Assembly: GCA_044229975.1 (NCBI GenBank)
Contig: JBGARZ010000006.1
Coordinates: forward strand, 352,001 to 416,000
Source: Polyangiales bacterium
Lineage (GTDB): Bacteria; Myxococcota_A; Polyangia; Polyangiales; Ga0077539
Reading direction: 5' to 3'
DNA length: 64,000 nt
This document shows, one piece after another, positions 1 through 10,108 of this stretch (the stretch's first letter is position 1; every line of letters begins with the position of its first letter). The notes under the pieces were generated by a model, which saw only the letters and a list, made by a program, of their open reading frames with translations, searched no databases and was not told the DNA's origin. The position numbers and the translations under genes are program-made.

Positions 1-240
1 GACACCGCCAGCGGACGCGCGCGCACAGAACGCCTGGGTGCGCGATCCCGACCAGAGGGTGTCCGCGAGGAAGGGCGGCAGCGCGGCGTCCGGCGAGTCG
101 TCGACCGCGGGCGCGTCGACCGTCGGGACGTCGAGGGTCGCTCCCGCGTCCGTGATCGTGTTGGTGACCGACGCCCCGCAGCCGGTCGCCAGGAGCGCGA
201 GGACGACGTGATGGAGCATGGGCGTGGTGGCGCGGCGCAT
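1..240 (-). CDS. Putative lipoprotein, partial (runs off the window edge)
   Basis: Manual translation from ATG at 240: MRRATTPMLHHVVLALLATGC (lipobox), then a D/P/A-rich linker; open to base 1. Not in the ORF track. Confidence 0.65.
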   Translation of the reverse strand, partial: MRRATTPMLHHVVLALLATGCGASVTNTITDAGATLDVPTVDAPAVDDSPDAALPPFLADTLWSGSRTQAFCARASAGGV

Positions 241-263
241 CAGATGGAGGGAAGTGCCGCTGG

Positions 264-1259
264 TCACTCGCAGGCGCCGCGCACGTTCCCGCTCGAATCC
301 GACGAGGGCACACACCGCTGGGCGCCGACGTCGGAGCAGGTGATCTCGTGGGAGGTGTTGCCGAGGCAGAAGCGGATGCGGGTGCCGTCGACGCACTGCG
401 AGGCGCTCGCCCGCGCGGGGTCGGCGCACGGGTCACCCTGCGGACGGTCGGTGTCCCTCAACGCGACCGGGGCGAGCGACGCGCCCTCGCGCGCGCTCAA
501 GCGCTCCCACCCGCCGCAATGCCGGGAGCCGTCGAGGCCCACGACGCACACCGTCCCCTGCGGCTCGCAGGAGCCGTTGGTGCTCGACGCCGTGCCGTCG
601 GCGGAGCAGCGCCCGCCCGCACCGCAATCGATCCGCGCGAGCCCCGGCGCGACGAGGGTGTTGCCTTCGCAGGTGATGGCGCCCTCTCCGTTCGCAAAGA
701 TGCAACGTGTGATGTCCGAGGAGACGCCGCAGGTTGCGCCTTGGGCCGCGCAGTCCTCGACGGTGCCGTAGCCGCTGGGCGGGCAGTACACGGCGCGGTT
801 GCCGTCGCAGTAGTCCCTCCCCGTTGGGCAGGACGCACGCCCAACGCATCGCGCGACGGCGGAGCAGCTCGTCGCGGCCAGCGCGCAAGCCGCCTGTGAG
901 CGCACGGCGGCGGGCGACCAGCGGCTGCCCTGCGTGTTGGAGGTGGTCATTCCCCCGATGCTGCTCCGGCTCGCGCGGAAGACCTGCCCAGCCGCGCGGG
1001 AGCCGAGGGCGAGCCTGCAGTCACCGTACCCGGCCTGACCGTCGTTGAGTCGCGGCGCCACGCCGCACGCGAGGAGGCGGGTGCACACCTCGTCGATGGC
1101 GCGCAGGTCGAGCGTGAGGTTGCCGTCGGCGCTCGGCGCGAGGAGGGGGCCGGTCGTGGCGCTCCCTCCTCCGTCGACGGCGGTGGTCTCGCCAGTGCCG
1201 TTGACCGCGTTGCAAGCGAGGACCGGAACGACGATCAGACAGAGACGCAGGGCGTTCAT
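264..1259 (-). CDS. Cys-rich putative lipoprotein
   Basis: MNALRLCLIVVPVLAC lipobox-type signal and many Cys; start re-picked inside ORF 264..1439. Confidence 0.7.
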   Translation of the reverse strand: MNALRLCLIVVPVLACNAVNGTGETTAVDGGGSATTGPLLAPSADGNLTLDLRAIDEVCTRLLACGVAPRLNDGQAGYGDCRLALGSRAAGQVFRASRSSIGGMTTSNTQGSRWSPAAVRSQAACALAATSCSAVARCVGRASCPTGRDYCDGNRAVYCPPSGYGTVEDCAAQGATCGVSSDITRCIFANGEGAITCEGNTLVAPGLARIDCGAGGRCSADGTASSTNGSCEPQGTVCVVGLDGSRHCGGWERLSAREGASLAPVALRDTDRPQGDPCADPARASASQCVDGTRIRFCLGNTSHEITCSDVGAQRCVPSSDSSGNVRGACE

Positions 1260-1350
1260 CGTCGGCGTTATCGCGCGGGCGACGATGCCTGACAACGGAA
1301 CGCGCCGGGCCTTTTCCCCTCCGCTCAGCATTGGCGTAGCGTCCGACGCC

Positions 1351-3141
1351 ATGCGACGCGCGCTCCCGCTGTGGTTGATCCCGTGCTGCCTCGTGCTGAC
1401 CACCTGCGCGGCGGACGAGGCCACCGACGACGACGCCATCGACCCCGGGCCCTACGGCGCGGGCGCGGACTCGCTCGTGGCGCGGGGCGCCTACACGACC
1501 TCGACCACCAACCTCTGCGGCGGACTGCCGCGTGTGGAAGGACTCCGCACGCCCGCGGGCGTGTGCGTGGGCCTTGTCGCGCGCGGGATGAAGTTCCCGC
1601 GTGGCGTGGCCGAGCGCGCCACCGGTGACCTCATCGTCGTCGACATGGGCGGCTGGGCGCCCAACAACGGCAACGTCCGGTACCTCCGCCGCGCCGCCAA
1701 CGGCACCTTCCGCGAAGAGTCCGTGGTGCAGAACGGCGCCACGGGATCGCTGCTGCGCCGCATCGACCGGCCCAGCGGCGTCGCCATCGGCCCCGACGGC
1801 TTCGTCTACGTCGCGACCCCATCGGACATCTTCCGCTTCGACCCCGACGAGCGCCCTCGCCCCGTGTTGGAACAGGTGGTCCGCTTCGCTCAGGCGCCCG
1901 CCGGGGCGCGGCACCCGCTCACGCACTTCGTGTTCACGCCGGAGTCGTTTACGCGGCCGCAGGGGCCGTGGCAGCTCTTCGTCAACGTCGGCTCCGCGTC
2001 GGACGTCTGCGAGACCGCGCAGGGAACGTACCCCACGCCCTGCGCCGAGACGGAAGACACCGAGAACCCGCGTGGGGCCGTTCGTCGGGTGACCCTCGCG
2101 GGGCCGCGACCGGCGGGGCCGAGGCCCGCTGGCGGCTGGCCGCTGCGCGCGACGTCGGAGGTGTTCGCGCGGGGGCTGCGCAACTCCATGGCGCTCGCGG
2201 TGCACCCCACCTCGGGGCTGGTGTTTCAAGCGGAGAACTCGCGCGACGCGATTCACACCAACGCGCCCGCGCTGCGTGCTCGCGAGGCCGACCTGCCGCA
2301 CGAGGAGATCAACGTCCTCGAAGCGAACGGCCACTACGGCTGGCCCTACTGCTACGACCTCAACAGCCCGAACCCCGAGTACCCGAACGCGCAGTGCGGT
2401 CGGTACAAGTCGCCGACGATGCTGCTGCCGGGGCACGCCTCACCGCTGGCGATGCGCTTCTACACGGGCACGATGATGCCCGCGGCGTGGCGCAACGGAA
2501 TGCTCGTGACCTTCCACGGCGGTCGCGCCTACGGGCACCGCCTGGTGCTGCTGCCGACGCGCGAAGACGGGACACCCACCGGCTCGATCTTCGACATCGT
2601 GTCGGGCTGGGACGATCGACCGCAGGCGCCGTCGCACCCGCGCGGGCGACCCGTCGATGTGACGGTGAGCCGCGACGGCTCGCTCTTCCTCACCGAAGAT
2701 CACAACGGGACGGTGCTGCGGGTGTTCTTCGATGCAGCGCGCGGGGATGGGGCGCCGCTGACGCCGGAGGTCACCATGGCGCCCGCTCCGTTGGATCGTA
2801 ACAGCGCGGCGTGCCGGGCCCTCGCGACGCGCACCGACGCCTTCGCGCGCATCCAGCGCGATGTTCTCGATCGGAGCTGCGTCGAGGGCTGCCACAGCGG
2901 CCAGGACGGCGCCCAGGGTGGCCTGCTGCTCGACCTGTGCGACGACGCCGGCAACGCGCGGCGGCTGCGGACGGAGAGCGGGCCCGGCGGGCGTCCGTGG
3001 ATCGTCGCGGGCAACCCCGATGGGAGTCGGTTGATGGACAGCCTGCGCGGCGTCAACGGCGCCCCGCGGATGCCGTCAGCGGGATTGCCCGCCGCGCAGA
3101 TCGACCTCATCGCGCAGTGGATTCGCGAGGGCGCGCGGTAG
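1351..3141 (+). CDS. Secreted glucose/sorbosone (PQQ-type) dehydrogenase-family beta-propeller with C-terminal cytochrome c-like domain
   Basis: Signal peptide; ARGLRNSMALA, EEINVL, HYGWPYCY and GRPVDV motifs; C-terminal CVEGCH...RMP. Confidence 0.8.
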   Translation: MRRALPLWLIPCCLVLTTCAADEATDDDAIDPGPYGAGADSLVARGAYTTSTTNLCGGLPRVEGLRTPAGVCVGLVARGMKFPRGVAERATGDLIVVDMGGWAPNNGNVRYLRRAANGTFREESVVQNGATGSLLRRIDRPSGVAIGPDGFVYVATPSDIFRFDPDERPRPVLEQVVRFAQAPAGARHPLTHFVFTPESFTRPQGPWQLFVNVGSASDVCETAQGTYPTPCAETEDTENPRGAVRRVTLAGPRPAGPRPAGGWPLRATSEVFARGLRNSMALAVHPTSGLVFQAENSRDAIHTNAPALRAREADLPHEEINVLEANGHYGWPYCYDLNSPNPEYPNAQCGRYKSPTMLLPGHASPLAMRFYTGTMMPAAWRNGMLVTFHGGRAYGHRLVLLPTREDGTPTGSIFDIVSGWDDRPQAPSHPRGRPVDVTVSRDGSLFLTEDHNGTVLRVFFDAARGDGAPLTPEVTMAPAPLDRNSAACRALATRTDAFARIQRDVLDRSCVEGCHSGQDGAQGGLLLDLCDDAGNARRLRTESGPGGRPWIVAGNPDGSRLMDSLRGVNGAPRMPSAGLPAAQIDLIAQWIREGAR

Positions 3142-3212
3142 GGGCGTCGCAGCGCCAGCGCTCTCGACGCTCACAGCGCATCGCGTCGGCGACGATGCTA
3201 TGCGTTCGCCCG

Positions 3213-3782
3213 ATGAGGTTCGGAGACATCCTCTTGTTGGCGGTCGGACTTGCGATGGACGCGACCGCCGCGGCTGCCACGCGAGGGATGGGCGTGGCCC
3301 GTCTGCGATGGCATCACGCGCTGCGGGTGGCGTTGTTGTTCGGCGGCTTTCAGGCGCTGATGCCTCTGCTTGGTTGGTACCTCGGGCGCCGCATTGGTCC
3401 GCTCGTCGAGGCGTGGGACCACTGGATCGCGTTTGTTCTGCTCGGTGGCATCGGAGGGAAGATGCTGTGGGAAGCGCGCTCGTCGGATGACGACGGCGAG
3501 CGCCCCGCGGGCGACCCCTTCGGCACGCGCCTGCTGCTCACGCTGGCGGTCGCGACGAGCATCGATGCGCTCGCGGTGGGCGTGACGCTGCCGATGCTCC
3601 ACGCGCCGCTGGCGATGTCCATCGTGACCATCGGCGTGACGACGGCGGCGCTCAGCGTGCTGGGTCTATGGCTGGGTCACCGCGCGGGCGCGACGCTCGG
3701 TCGCAGGCTCGACGTCTTCGGCGGGCTGGTGCTCATCGCGCTCGGCACGAAGATCCTCGTCGAGCACCTGCACCGGGGCTGA
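3213..3782 (+). CDS. mntP: Manganese efflux pump MntP family
   Basis: LAVGLAMDA, FQALMPLLG, WDHWIAFVLL and ATSIDALAVG motifs. Confidence 0.93.
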   Translation: MRFGDILLLAVGLAMDATAAAATRGMGVARLRWHHALRVALLFGGFQALMPLLGWYLGRRIGPLVEAWDHWIAFVLLGGIGGKMLWEARSSDDDGERPAGDPFGTRLLLTLAVATSIDALAVGVTLPMLHAPLAMSIVTIGVTTAALSVLGLWLGHRAGATLGRRLDVFGGLVLIALGTKILVEHLHRG

Positions 3783-3785
3783 ACG

Positions 3786-4223
3786 CTACCGGCAACGGTC
3801 GAAGGTGAAGCTGCCGCTGAAGGTGTGCGGGTTGGGGTCGCTGGTGCCCGTGTTGCTGCACTCGATGGTCGCGGTTCCGCTGACGGGGTAGACGGTGTTC
3901 TGCATGTAGTCCTCGCGGGAGAAGGTCATCGGCCCGCACCCCGCGATGACGTTGCGGCGCTGAAGCGGAATCGGAATCCCGAAGGGCGTCGCGAGCCCGG
4001 AGACCAGGTACGAGATCTCCGCCTGACCGTCGTCCGTGCGCGTGAAACGGAACGTCCCCGCGCTCGTCTCGAGCTCCACCGAGTTGGGAGCGCGCGCGTG
4101 TTCGCCGCTCGCGCAGTCGTTGATCTGCACGGGCTGACCGTCGATCACCAGCGTGCCGGTCGCGCCACCGCCGCATCCGACCGTCAGCAGAAACCCAAGC
4201 GCCAGGGAGAGTTGCATCTTCAT
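3786..4223 (-). CDS. Small hypothetical lipoprotein
   Basis: MKMQLSLALGFLLTVGC lipobox; host-like codon usage. Confidence 0.75.
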   Translation of the reverse strand: MKMQLSLALGFLLTVGCGGGATGTLVIDGQPVQINDCASGEHARAPNSVELETSAGTFRFTRTDDGQAEISYLVSGLATPFGIPIPLQRRNVIAGCGPMTFSREDYMQNTVYPVSGTATIECSNTGTSDPNPHTFSGSFTFDRCR

Positions 4224-4474
4224 CGGGACCTCGCGCGGCGCCCTTCAAGATGAGGCACGCCGTGATGGTTCGTTGAGCAACGCGCATGCCCTCCGCGACC
4301 GCTCGGACAACGCTCGAAAGTGATGGTCTCCGAGCGTGGCACCGCCGCCCCGTGAGCGTGGCGCACGCGCGCCGGTTCGACCTCGCGACGACGCAGATCA
4401 GACTGTTTTCTCGCGGCACGGGCGTTGGAGACCGGCCCCCTGCGCGCGGGTCTTCACCCCACGCGGAGGAGACC

Positions 4475-4902
4475 ATGAACAGACCCATCATCCGAACCAC
4501 CCACCTCGGATCTGCAACGGCGGCGAGGTCAGGCCGCGCACCTCCGACATGGGCTGCGCGGCGGGCGACTACGCGGCGACCAGCTTCTTCGCGGCGGCGG
4601 TGAGCGGCACCGGCTGCGGCATCTGCGCGCTGCGGTCGAGCGCGGGCACGACCAACTGCAACACCGTCTCGTGCCAGATGAACTGCCGCGAGGACGGCAA
4701 CCTCAACAACGACTTCTTCGGCTGCGGCACCGTCGGCTCGACCGGCATCATGGGGGCATGCGACGGCCTCAACCGCTTCTCGGAGGACCAGTGCATGGCG
4801 CTCCCGGCGGGCTGGAACTGCCCGAGCATGGGCGGCGAGAGCCGCACCGTGACCAAGACCACCGCCACCACCGGCGGCGGCGTGCTCTGCTGCCGCGACT
4901 GA
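4475..4902 (+). pseudogene. Remnant of a Cys-rich secreted protein gene (RBS/ATG out of frame with the conserved-looking C-terminal domain)
   Basis: GGAGGA-N4-ATG at 4475 reads a frame that stops at 4603; the Cys-rich domain ending GGGVLCCRD is in another frame with no signal peptide. Confidence 0.55.
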
Positions 4903-5038
4903 CCCGAACCCCTCCGCCTTGCTGAACGCCTCTCCCTCCTCCCGCAACAATCCCGGCATCACCGAGAGCGCACACGGCTTCCCTTCACGTCATTCGGACG
5001 GCGGAGGCAGTGCGCTCCATCGTTGGGAGGAATGTTCC

Positions 5039-5470
5039 GTGAAGCCCTACTACTTCACCGCGCGCGCCCTTGCGCTCGGCTGCCTGCTCGCCCCGCTCGT
5101 CGTCGCCGGTCGCGATCGTCCGCGTCGCGTCGCCAGCGTCTCACCACGCGCCACCACCATCGCCACCGTCGTCCCCACGGCCACCGACGATGACCGCCGT
5201 CAGCGCGTGCTCACCTCGTTTTCCCGCGGCGCGCAGGTGCGCCGTTGTTGGGACCGCGCGGTGATCCAGCACCCGACCATCACCGACCGCAGCCTCGCGG
5301 TGACCCTCCACGTCGACACGACGGGCCGCACCGTGCGCGTCGACGTGCGCGACCGCGAGGCGCCCGACCTCGCGCAGTGCCTCGTGCGCGCGGGCCTGTG
5401 GCTCCCGTGGGTCGGCGCCGGCGGTGCCTTCGAGGCGAGCACCACCGTGACCTTCAACCGCGGCGGGTGA
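5039..5470 (+). CDS. Exported protein with AgmX/PglI C-terminal (TonB-C-like) domain
   Basis: GGGAGG RBS then GTG; hydrophobic N-terminus; VRRCWDRA...VTLHVDTTGR...LAQCL pattern. Confidence 0.6.
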   Translation: MKPYYFTARALALGCLLAPLVVAGRDRPRRVASVSPRATTIATVVPTATDDDRRQRVLTSFSRGAQVRRCWDRAVIQHPTITDRSLAVTLHVDTTGRTVRVDVRDREAPDLAQCLVRAGLWLPWVGAGGAFEASTTVTFNRGG

Positions 5471-5516
5471 CCGATCGCTCGCCTCGCCGTGGGCGTTGCG
5501 TTAGCGTGCGCGCCCG

Positions 5517-6875
5517 ATGACGGCGGCGGGTGACATCCTCGGAGGCAAGTACCAGCTCCTGCGCCTGCTCGGCGAAGGCGGCATGGGCCAGGTCTTCGAG
5601 GCCATCAACCAGAACACCGACCGCCGCGTCGCCATCAAGACCCTCCACCCCGAGTGGACCCGCGAGCCCGCCGTCGTGCAGCGCTTCCTCCGCGAAGCCC
5701 GCGCGGCCACGAAGATCAACCACCCCAACGTGGTCGACGTGCTCGACCTCGACACCGACGCCGCCACCGGCGCGCCGTACATCGTGCAGGAGTTTCTCGC
5801 GGGCGAGAGCCTCGAAAGCCACCTCGCGGCGCGACCCGACAAGCGCCTCCCCGTCGCCGACGCGCTGCGCATCCTCGTGCCGGTGATGGAGGCCCTCGTC
5901 GCCGCCCACAAGCTCGGCATCGTCCACCGCGACCTGAAGCCCGCCAACCTCTTCCTCTCCATCGATCGCGGCGCCACGCCCACGCCCAAGGTCATCGACT
6001 TCGGCATCGCCAAGCTCATGGAGACCAAGGCCGACGCCGTCCGCCAGACCGCCGCCGGCACCCTCGTCGGAACCCCCAGCTACATGTCCCCCGAGCAGGC
6101 CGCCGGCGCCGCCGACATCGACGCCCGCACGGACGTCTGGTCCCTCGGCGTGGTGCTCTACGAGCTGCTCTCGGGCGCGCTCCCCTACGACGCCCCCAAC
6201 TACAACCTCCTCGTCGCCAAGATCGTCTACGAGGCCCCCGTCCCCGTGCTGCAACAGGCCCCGTCGCTGCCGCGCGACGTCGCCGCCATCGTCGATCGCG
6301 CCCTCCTGAAAGACCGCGACGCGCGCTATCCGTCGATGCAGGCCATGCTCGACGCCACCCTCGCGTGCGCCGCCTGGGCCGCCACCAGCCCCACCCCTTC
6401 GTCCGCGCCTTCCATCAACCCGACGGTCGCGCCTGGCGTCCCGGCGCAACGCCTCAGCGCACCGCCGTCGTCGCCGCCGTCGCTCGCCGCGTGGTCGGCG
6501 CAACCACCGTCGCCTCCGCGTCGCACCGCGCTCACCGCGCTCGCGGCCCTCGTCGTCGCGGCCCTCGTTGGTGTGGCCAGCTTCCTCAGCTTCCGCGACA
6601 AGCCCGTCGCCACCGTGGTCGCCGCCCCCGCGTCGCGGCCCGCTCCGTTGCCCGTCACGGCCGTCATCGTCGCCCCGCCGCAGCCCGTCGCCGCACCACC
6701 GCAGCCCGTCGCCGCGCCGCCCGCGGTCGAGCCCGTGGCCGAGCCCGTGGTCGCGCCCGCTCCGACGCCGCCACCCGCCGCCGTGCGTCGCTCCGTTGTC
6801 CCAGCGCGCCCGCGTCCGCCGCGCGCGCCTCGCCCGCCCAGCAGCCACGACTTCGACCGAGGCTACCCCGAATGA
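5517..6875 (+). CDS. Hanks-type Ser/Thr protein kinase with TM segment and Pro-rich tail
   Basis: LGEGGMG, VAIK, HRDLKPAN, DFG, YMSPEQ, DVWSLG. Confidence 0.96.
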   Translation: MTAAGDILGGKYQLLRLLGEGGMGQVFEAINQNTDRRVAIKTLHPEWTREPAVVQRFLREARAATKINHPNVVDVLDLDTDAATGAPYIVQEFLAGESLESHLAARPDKRLPVADALRILVPVMEALVAAHKLGIVHRDLKPANLFLSIDRGATPTPKVIDFGIAKLMETKADAVRQTAAGTLVGTPSYMSPEQAAGAADIDARTDVWSLGVVLYELLSGALPYDAPNYNLLVAKIVYEAPVPVLQQAPSLPRDVAAIVDRALLKDRDARYPSMQAMLDATLACAAWAATSPTPSSAPSINPTVAPGVPAQRLSAPPSSPPSLAAWSAQPPSPPRRTALTALAALVVAALVGVASFLSFRDKPVATVVAAPASRPAPLPVTAVIVAPPQPVAAPPQPVAAPPAVEPVAEPVVAPAPTPPPAAVRRSVVPARPRPPRAPRPPSSHDFDRGYPE

Positions 6876-7687
6876 AACTCCACGCTCCCGTCTTCGCGCT
6901 CGCGCTCGCGCTCACCCCGGCCGTCTCCTTCGCGCAGCCCGCCAACCCCGAGGTGCAGGCCCGCACCGCCTTCGAGCGCGGCATCGCCGAGGTCGACGCC
7001 GGTCGCTTCGCCAGCGCCGTCGCCGCCTTCGAGGAGTCCTACCGGCTGCGCCCCGTCGCCGTGGTGCTCTTCAACCTCGCCGGGGCGTACTCGCGCATGG
7101 GCCGCCACCAGCAGTCCATCGCCACCTACGAGCGCTACCTCACCGAGGGGACGCGCCTGCCGCCCGACCGTGTTCAGTCGGTGCGCGATCGCATCGCCGA
7201 GCTGCGCCGCGAGATGCCCGTGGTGGTGCTCCATGTGCGTCCGGCTCCCTTCACGCTCACTGTCGACGGGCGCCCGCAGGCCGTCACCGGCGACGAGCTC
7301 GCCCTCGACCCTGGCAGCCACCTGCTCGTGGTGTCCGCGGCCTCGCGCGCCTCGCAACAGCGCGAGGTGCAGCTCTCCCCTGGCGCGCGCATCACCTGGG
7401 ACGCCGAGCTCGTCGCCGACAACGCCGCCGCGCCGACCGCCCCCGTCGTCGCGGTCGCGGCCACGCCCACTGCGCCCGTCGTGACCACGCCGCACCCCGC
7501 GGGAGAGACCCCGGTGACGCCGCGCGAGAGCTCGCCGGGCATCACGTCGCGATGGTGGTTCTGGACGGGCCTTGGTGTCGTCGTCGCGGGCGGCACCGCG
7601 CTCGCCCTCGGCCTCAGCGGAACCTTCGACACCACGCAGGCCCCCGTCGCGGGCACGGCCTACAATCTGTCGGCGGTTCGCTGGTAG
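6872..7687 (+). CDS. Exported TPR + PEGA-like protein
   Basis: ATGA overlap with the kinase; signal peptide; TPR-like helices; C-terminal WWFWTGLG segment. Confidence 0.85.
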   Translation: MKLHAPVFALALALTPAVSFAQPANPEVQARTAFERGIAEVDAGRFASAVAAFEESYRLRPVAVVLFNLAGAYSRMGRHQQSIATYERYLTEGTRLPPDRVQSVRDRIAELRREMPVVVLHVRPAPFTLTVDGRPQAVTGDELALDPGSHLLVVSAASRASQQREVQLSPGARITWDAELVADNAAAPTAPVVAVAATPTAPVVTTPHPAGETPVTPRESSPGITSRWWFWTGLGVVVAGGTALALGLSGTFDTTQAPVAGTAYNLSAVRW

Positions 7688-7815
7688 GCGGGTCACCCCT
7701 CGTCGACCATCTGTCGTAGGTGCCGCGCTTCCTCACCGGTACCCATCAATCCAGAAGCATTGACCCCTTGCGCGCCTGGCGGCCATTGAGCACGCCCCGC
7801 CGCCAACGTCGCCCG

Positions 7816-8886
7816 CTACCCCGCGAGCTCGCCCATCCCCGGCGCTCCGCTGCACAGCGCCATCGCGAACTCCTCCAGCACGCGAAACTCCCCGATGGGC
7901 CGCGTGCCCATGGCTGATCCCTTCGATCCCTTGAGCGCCGCGTCCGTCGCCGCCAGCACCCGCATCGCGCGGTGCAACTGCGGAACCGTCCACCGCCGCG
8001 TGGCATTGGCGAGCCACCCTGGTGGTTTGCCGTGCATGTACACGGCGCGCGAGACGTTGGCCGACGGATCGACCGAGAGCATCTGCTTGGCGCGCGCGAG
8101 CAACCGCAGCGAGTAGCCCAGCGAGCCGAGTATCATCAGCGCCTCGCCGCGCTGGGTCTTGAGCTGCGCGATGTTGGCGAGGGCCGTCGGCAGGTCGCGC
8201 ATCAGGATGGCGTCTGACAGATCGAAGCCACCGATCTCGCGCACGGGCGTGACGAGCTCTTCGACGGAGGCGAGGGTGACGGTCTTTCCGCCGGCGTAGA
8301 GCGAGAGGCGTTCGAGGGCGTCGGCGATGACGCCGAGCTCGGGGCCGATCCACTCGACGAGTCGCTCGACCACACCGTTCTCCGCGGTGATCTTGCGCGC
8401 GGCCATCTCCGCGGTGATCCAGCGGGTGAGCCACGGATCGACCTCGTCATCCTTGGTCGGAACGCTGCACGTCACCATCCACCCGAGCTTCTCGGCTTCC
8501 TTCACCCAGGTGCGGCGCGCGTCGAACTTCGTCGCGACCATCAGCAGCACCGTCGTCGGCTCCGGGTTGGCGAGGTACCCGAAAAACTCCTTCATCTCCT
8601 TGTCGCTGAGCTTCTGGGCGAAGTCCTCGGCGGAGCGCACGACGACGAGCCGCCGCTTGGCCATCATCGGGAGCGTGCGGCACGCGCCGATGAGGTTGGA
8701 GCAGGAGACGTGGTCGCCGTCGAAGACGTCCTCGGCGAAGCCGCGGGGGCCGGGGCCGACGACGGCGAGTCGCACGGCGTTCATGCAGCGGGTGACCAGC
8801 AGCCACTCGTTGCCGCCCAGAACGTAGACGGGCTTGATGGTTCCCTTGGCCAGCGCGTCGAGGGTGGCCCGCATGTCGTCGCTCAC
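7816..8886 (-). CDS. holA: DNA polymerase III delta subunit
   Basis: KPVYVLGG, TLPMMAKRRLVVV, LERLSLY, DAALKGS. Confidence 0.9.
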   Translation of the reverse strand: MSDDMRATLDALAKGTIKPVYVLGGNEWLLVTRCMNAVRLAVVGPGPRGFAEDVFDGDHVSCSNLIGACRTLPMMAKRRLVVVRSAEDFAQKLSDKEMKEFFGYLANPEPTTVLLMVATKFDARRTWVKEAEKLGWMVTCSVPTKDDEVDPWLTRWITAEMAARKITAENGVVERLVEWIGPELGVIADALERLSLYAGGKTVTLASVEELVTPVREIGGFDLSDAILMRDLPTALANIAQLKTQRGEALMILGSLGYSLRLLARAKQMLSVDPSANVSRAVYMHGKPPGWLANATRRWTVPQLHRAMRVLAATDAALKGSKGSAMGTRPIGEFRVLEEFAMALCSGAPGMGELAG

Positions 8887-8937
8887 GCCGGCGACGCTAC
8901 CGCACCTCGCCCGCGAACCTCACGTCTCCGACAACGC

Positions 8938-10041
8938 TCAGGTCTCGATCGCGAGCGTCTCCAGCCCCGCGACCGTCCCGCAGCGCGTGCGCCCGACGAT
9001 GAAGATGCGAATCTGCACCTCGCCCACGCGATACACCGTCACGCCCGTGAGCTCGCGGTTGACCACCTGAACCAGTTGCCGGAAGCGCGCCGCCCGGTGC
9101 TGGTCTTCGAGCCCGGCGCCCTCGTCCGCCACCACCGCGTTGCGCATCAACCGATCGAGCGTGATCTGCTCCACGCGCGTCGTCGCAGGCAAGCCCAGCA
9201 GCCCCAGCATCGCCGCGCCCGTCGGCACCGTGCGCAACCCGCTCGGCGCGTACCACGTCAGCGGCGCGTCGCTCTCCGACGTGAACAACAGCCGCTCCGT
9301 CGCGTCGGCAAACGTCGCCTGGAGCTCGCTCCCGCAGTGCCGCGCCGCCGTCGGCGCCTCCACCCGCACGAACACCTGCGTCGCCCGCAGCACCGGAACC
9401 CGCTCCGTCGACGGATTGCCCGGCGCCGTCGTCCGCACGCCCGCGACCAGCACGCCCTCATCACGCGTTGCTGCGCCGAGCACCGTGTCGCGCGCGGTGT
9501 CGCTGAGCGTGGTGAGCCGCGAGAGGTCGACGCCCGTCACGGGCAGCGGCCGCGCGGTGCTGTTGACCCGCTGCATGTTGAGCGTCGCGCACGGAATGAA
9601 GGTGCACATGGTCCCGGTGGTGGAGACGCGCGAGACGCTGGCGGTGGGCGCCGCGCCGGTGGCCGAGCGCCACGCCTCGCTGGCGACGAAGCGCCCGTAG
9701 GTGTTGCCCGTCGCGGCGGCGATGCGCCCGCGGTACACGACGGCGCCGTCGAGGGAGGTGGCGCCGATGCCGAGGCCCGCGAGGTCGAGCGCGCCGACGT
9801 AGCAGCGGTCGGCGGTGGTGCCGTCGACGCAGCGCAGGGACGACGCGTTGACGGGCGACACCCAGTAGCCGCCGCAGATGGGCGAGACGCAGCGTCGCGT
9901 GTCGTGGGCGAGGGTGAAGTACCCGTCTCCGCGCACCACGACGGAGTCGGTCGAGGTGTCGTCCTCGGCGAGCTCGGCGCCCACCTGACAGCCCGACAAG
10001 AGAAGCCCGAGGGCGAGCGAACGGACGGCGGTGAACTTCAT
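8938..10041 (-). CDS. Lipoprotein: DUF6748-like N-terminal region plus C-terminal nuclease A inhibitor (NuiA)-like domain
   Basis: LLLSGC lipobox; DTRRCVSPICGGYWV motif; C-terminal LLFTSESDAP...VYRVGEVQIRIFIVGRT...GLETLAIET. Confidence 0.75.
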   Translation of the reverse strand: MKFTAVRSLALGLLLSGCQVGAELAEDDTSTDSVVVRGDGYFTLAHDTRRCVSPICGGYWVSPVNASSLRCVDGTTADRCYVGALDLAGLGIGATSLDGAVVYRGRIAAATGNTYGRFVASEAWRSATGAAPTASVSRVSTTGTMCTFIPCATLNMQRVNSTARPLPVTGVDLSRLTTLSDTARDTVLGAATRDEGVLVAGVRTTAPGNPSTERVPVLRATQVFVRVEAPTAARHCGSELQATFADATERLLFTSESDAPLTWYAPSGLRTVPTGAAMLGLLGLPATTRVEQITLDRLMRNAVVADEGAGLEDQHRAARFRQLVQVVNRELTGVTVYRVGEVQIRIFIVGRTRCGTVAGLETLAIET

Positions 10042-10108
10042 GGCGGCGCCCATGTACGACACGGTCCCACATCCGTCCAGCGCGACGACGGTGATAGAAG
10101 CCCTGCCT

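Noticed and set aside
3142..3212. yybP-ykoY riboswitch before mntP (likewise glycine or TPP riboswitches before gcvT and thiD)
   Set aside because: Intergenic gaps are too short and no conserved aptamer motifs are visible
6670..6760. Tandem repeat in the kinase tail
   Set aside because: Ordinary Pro/Ala linker coding repeat (PPQPVAA)
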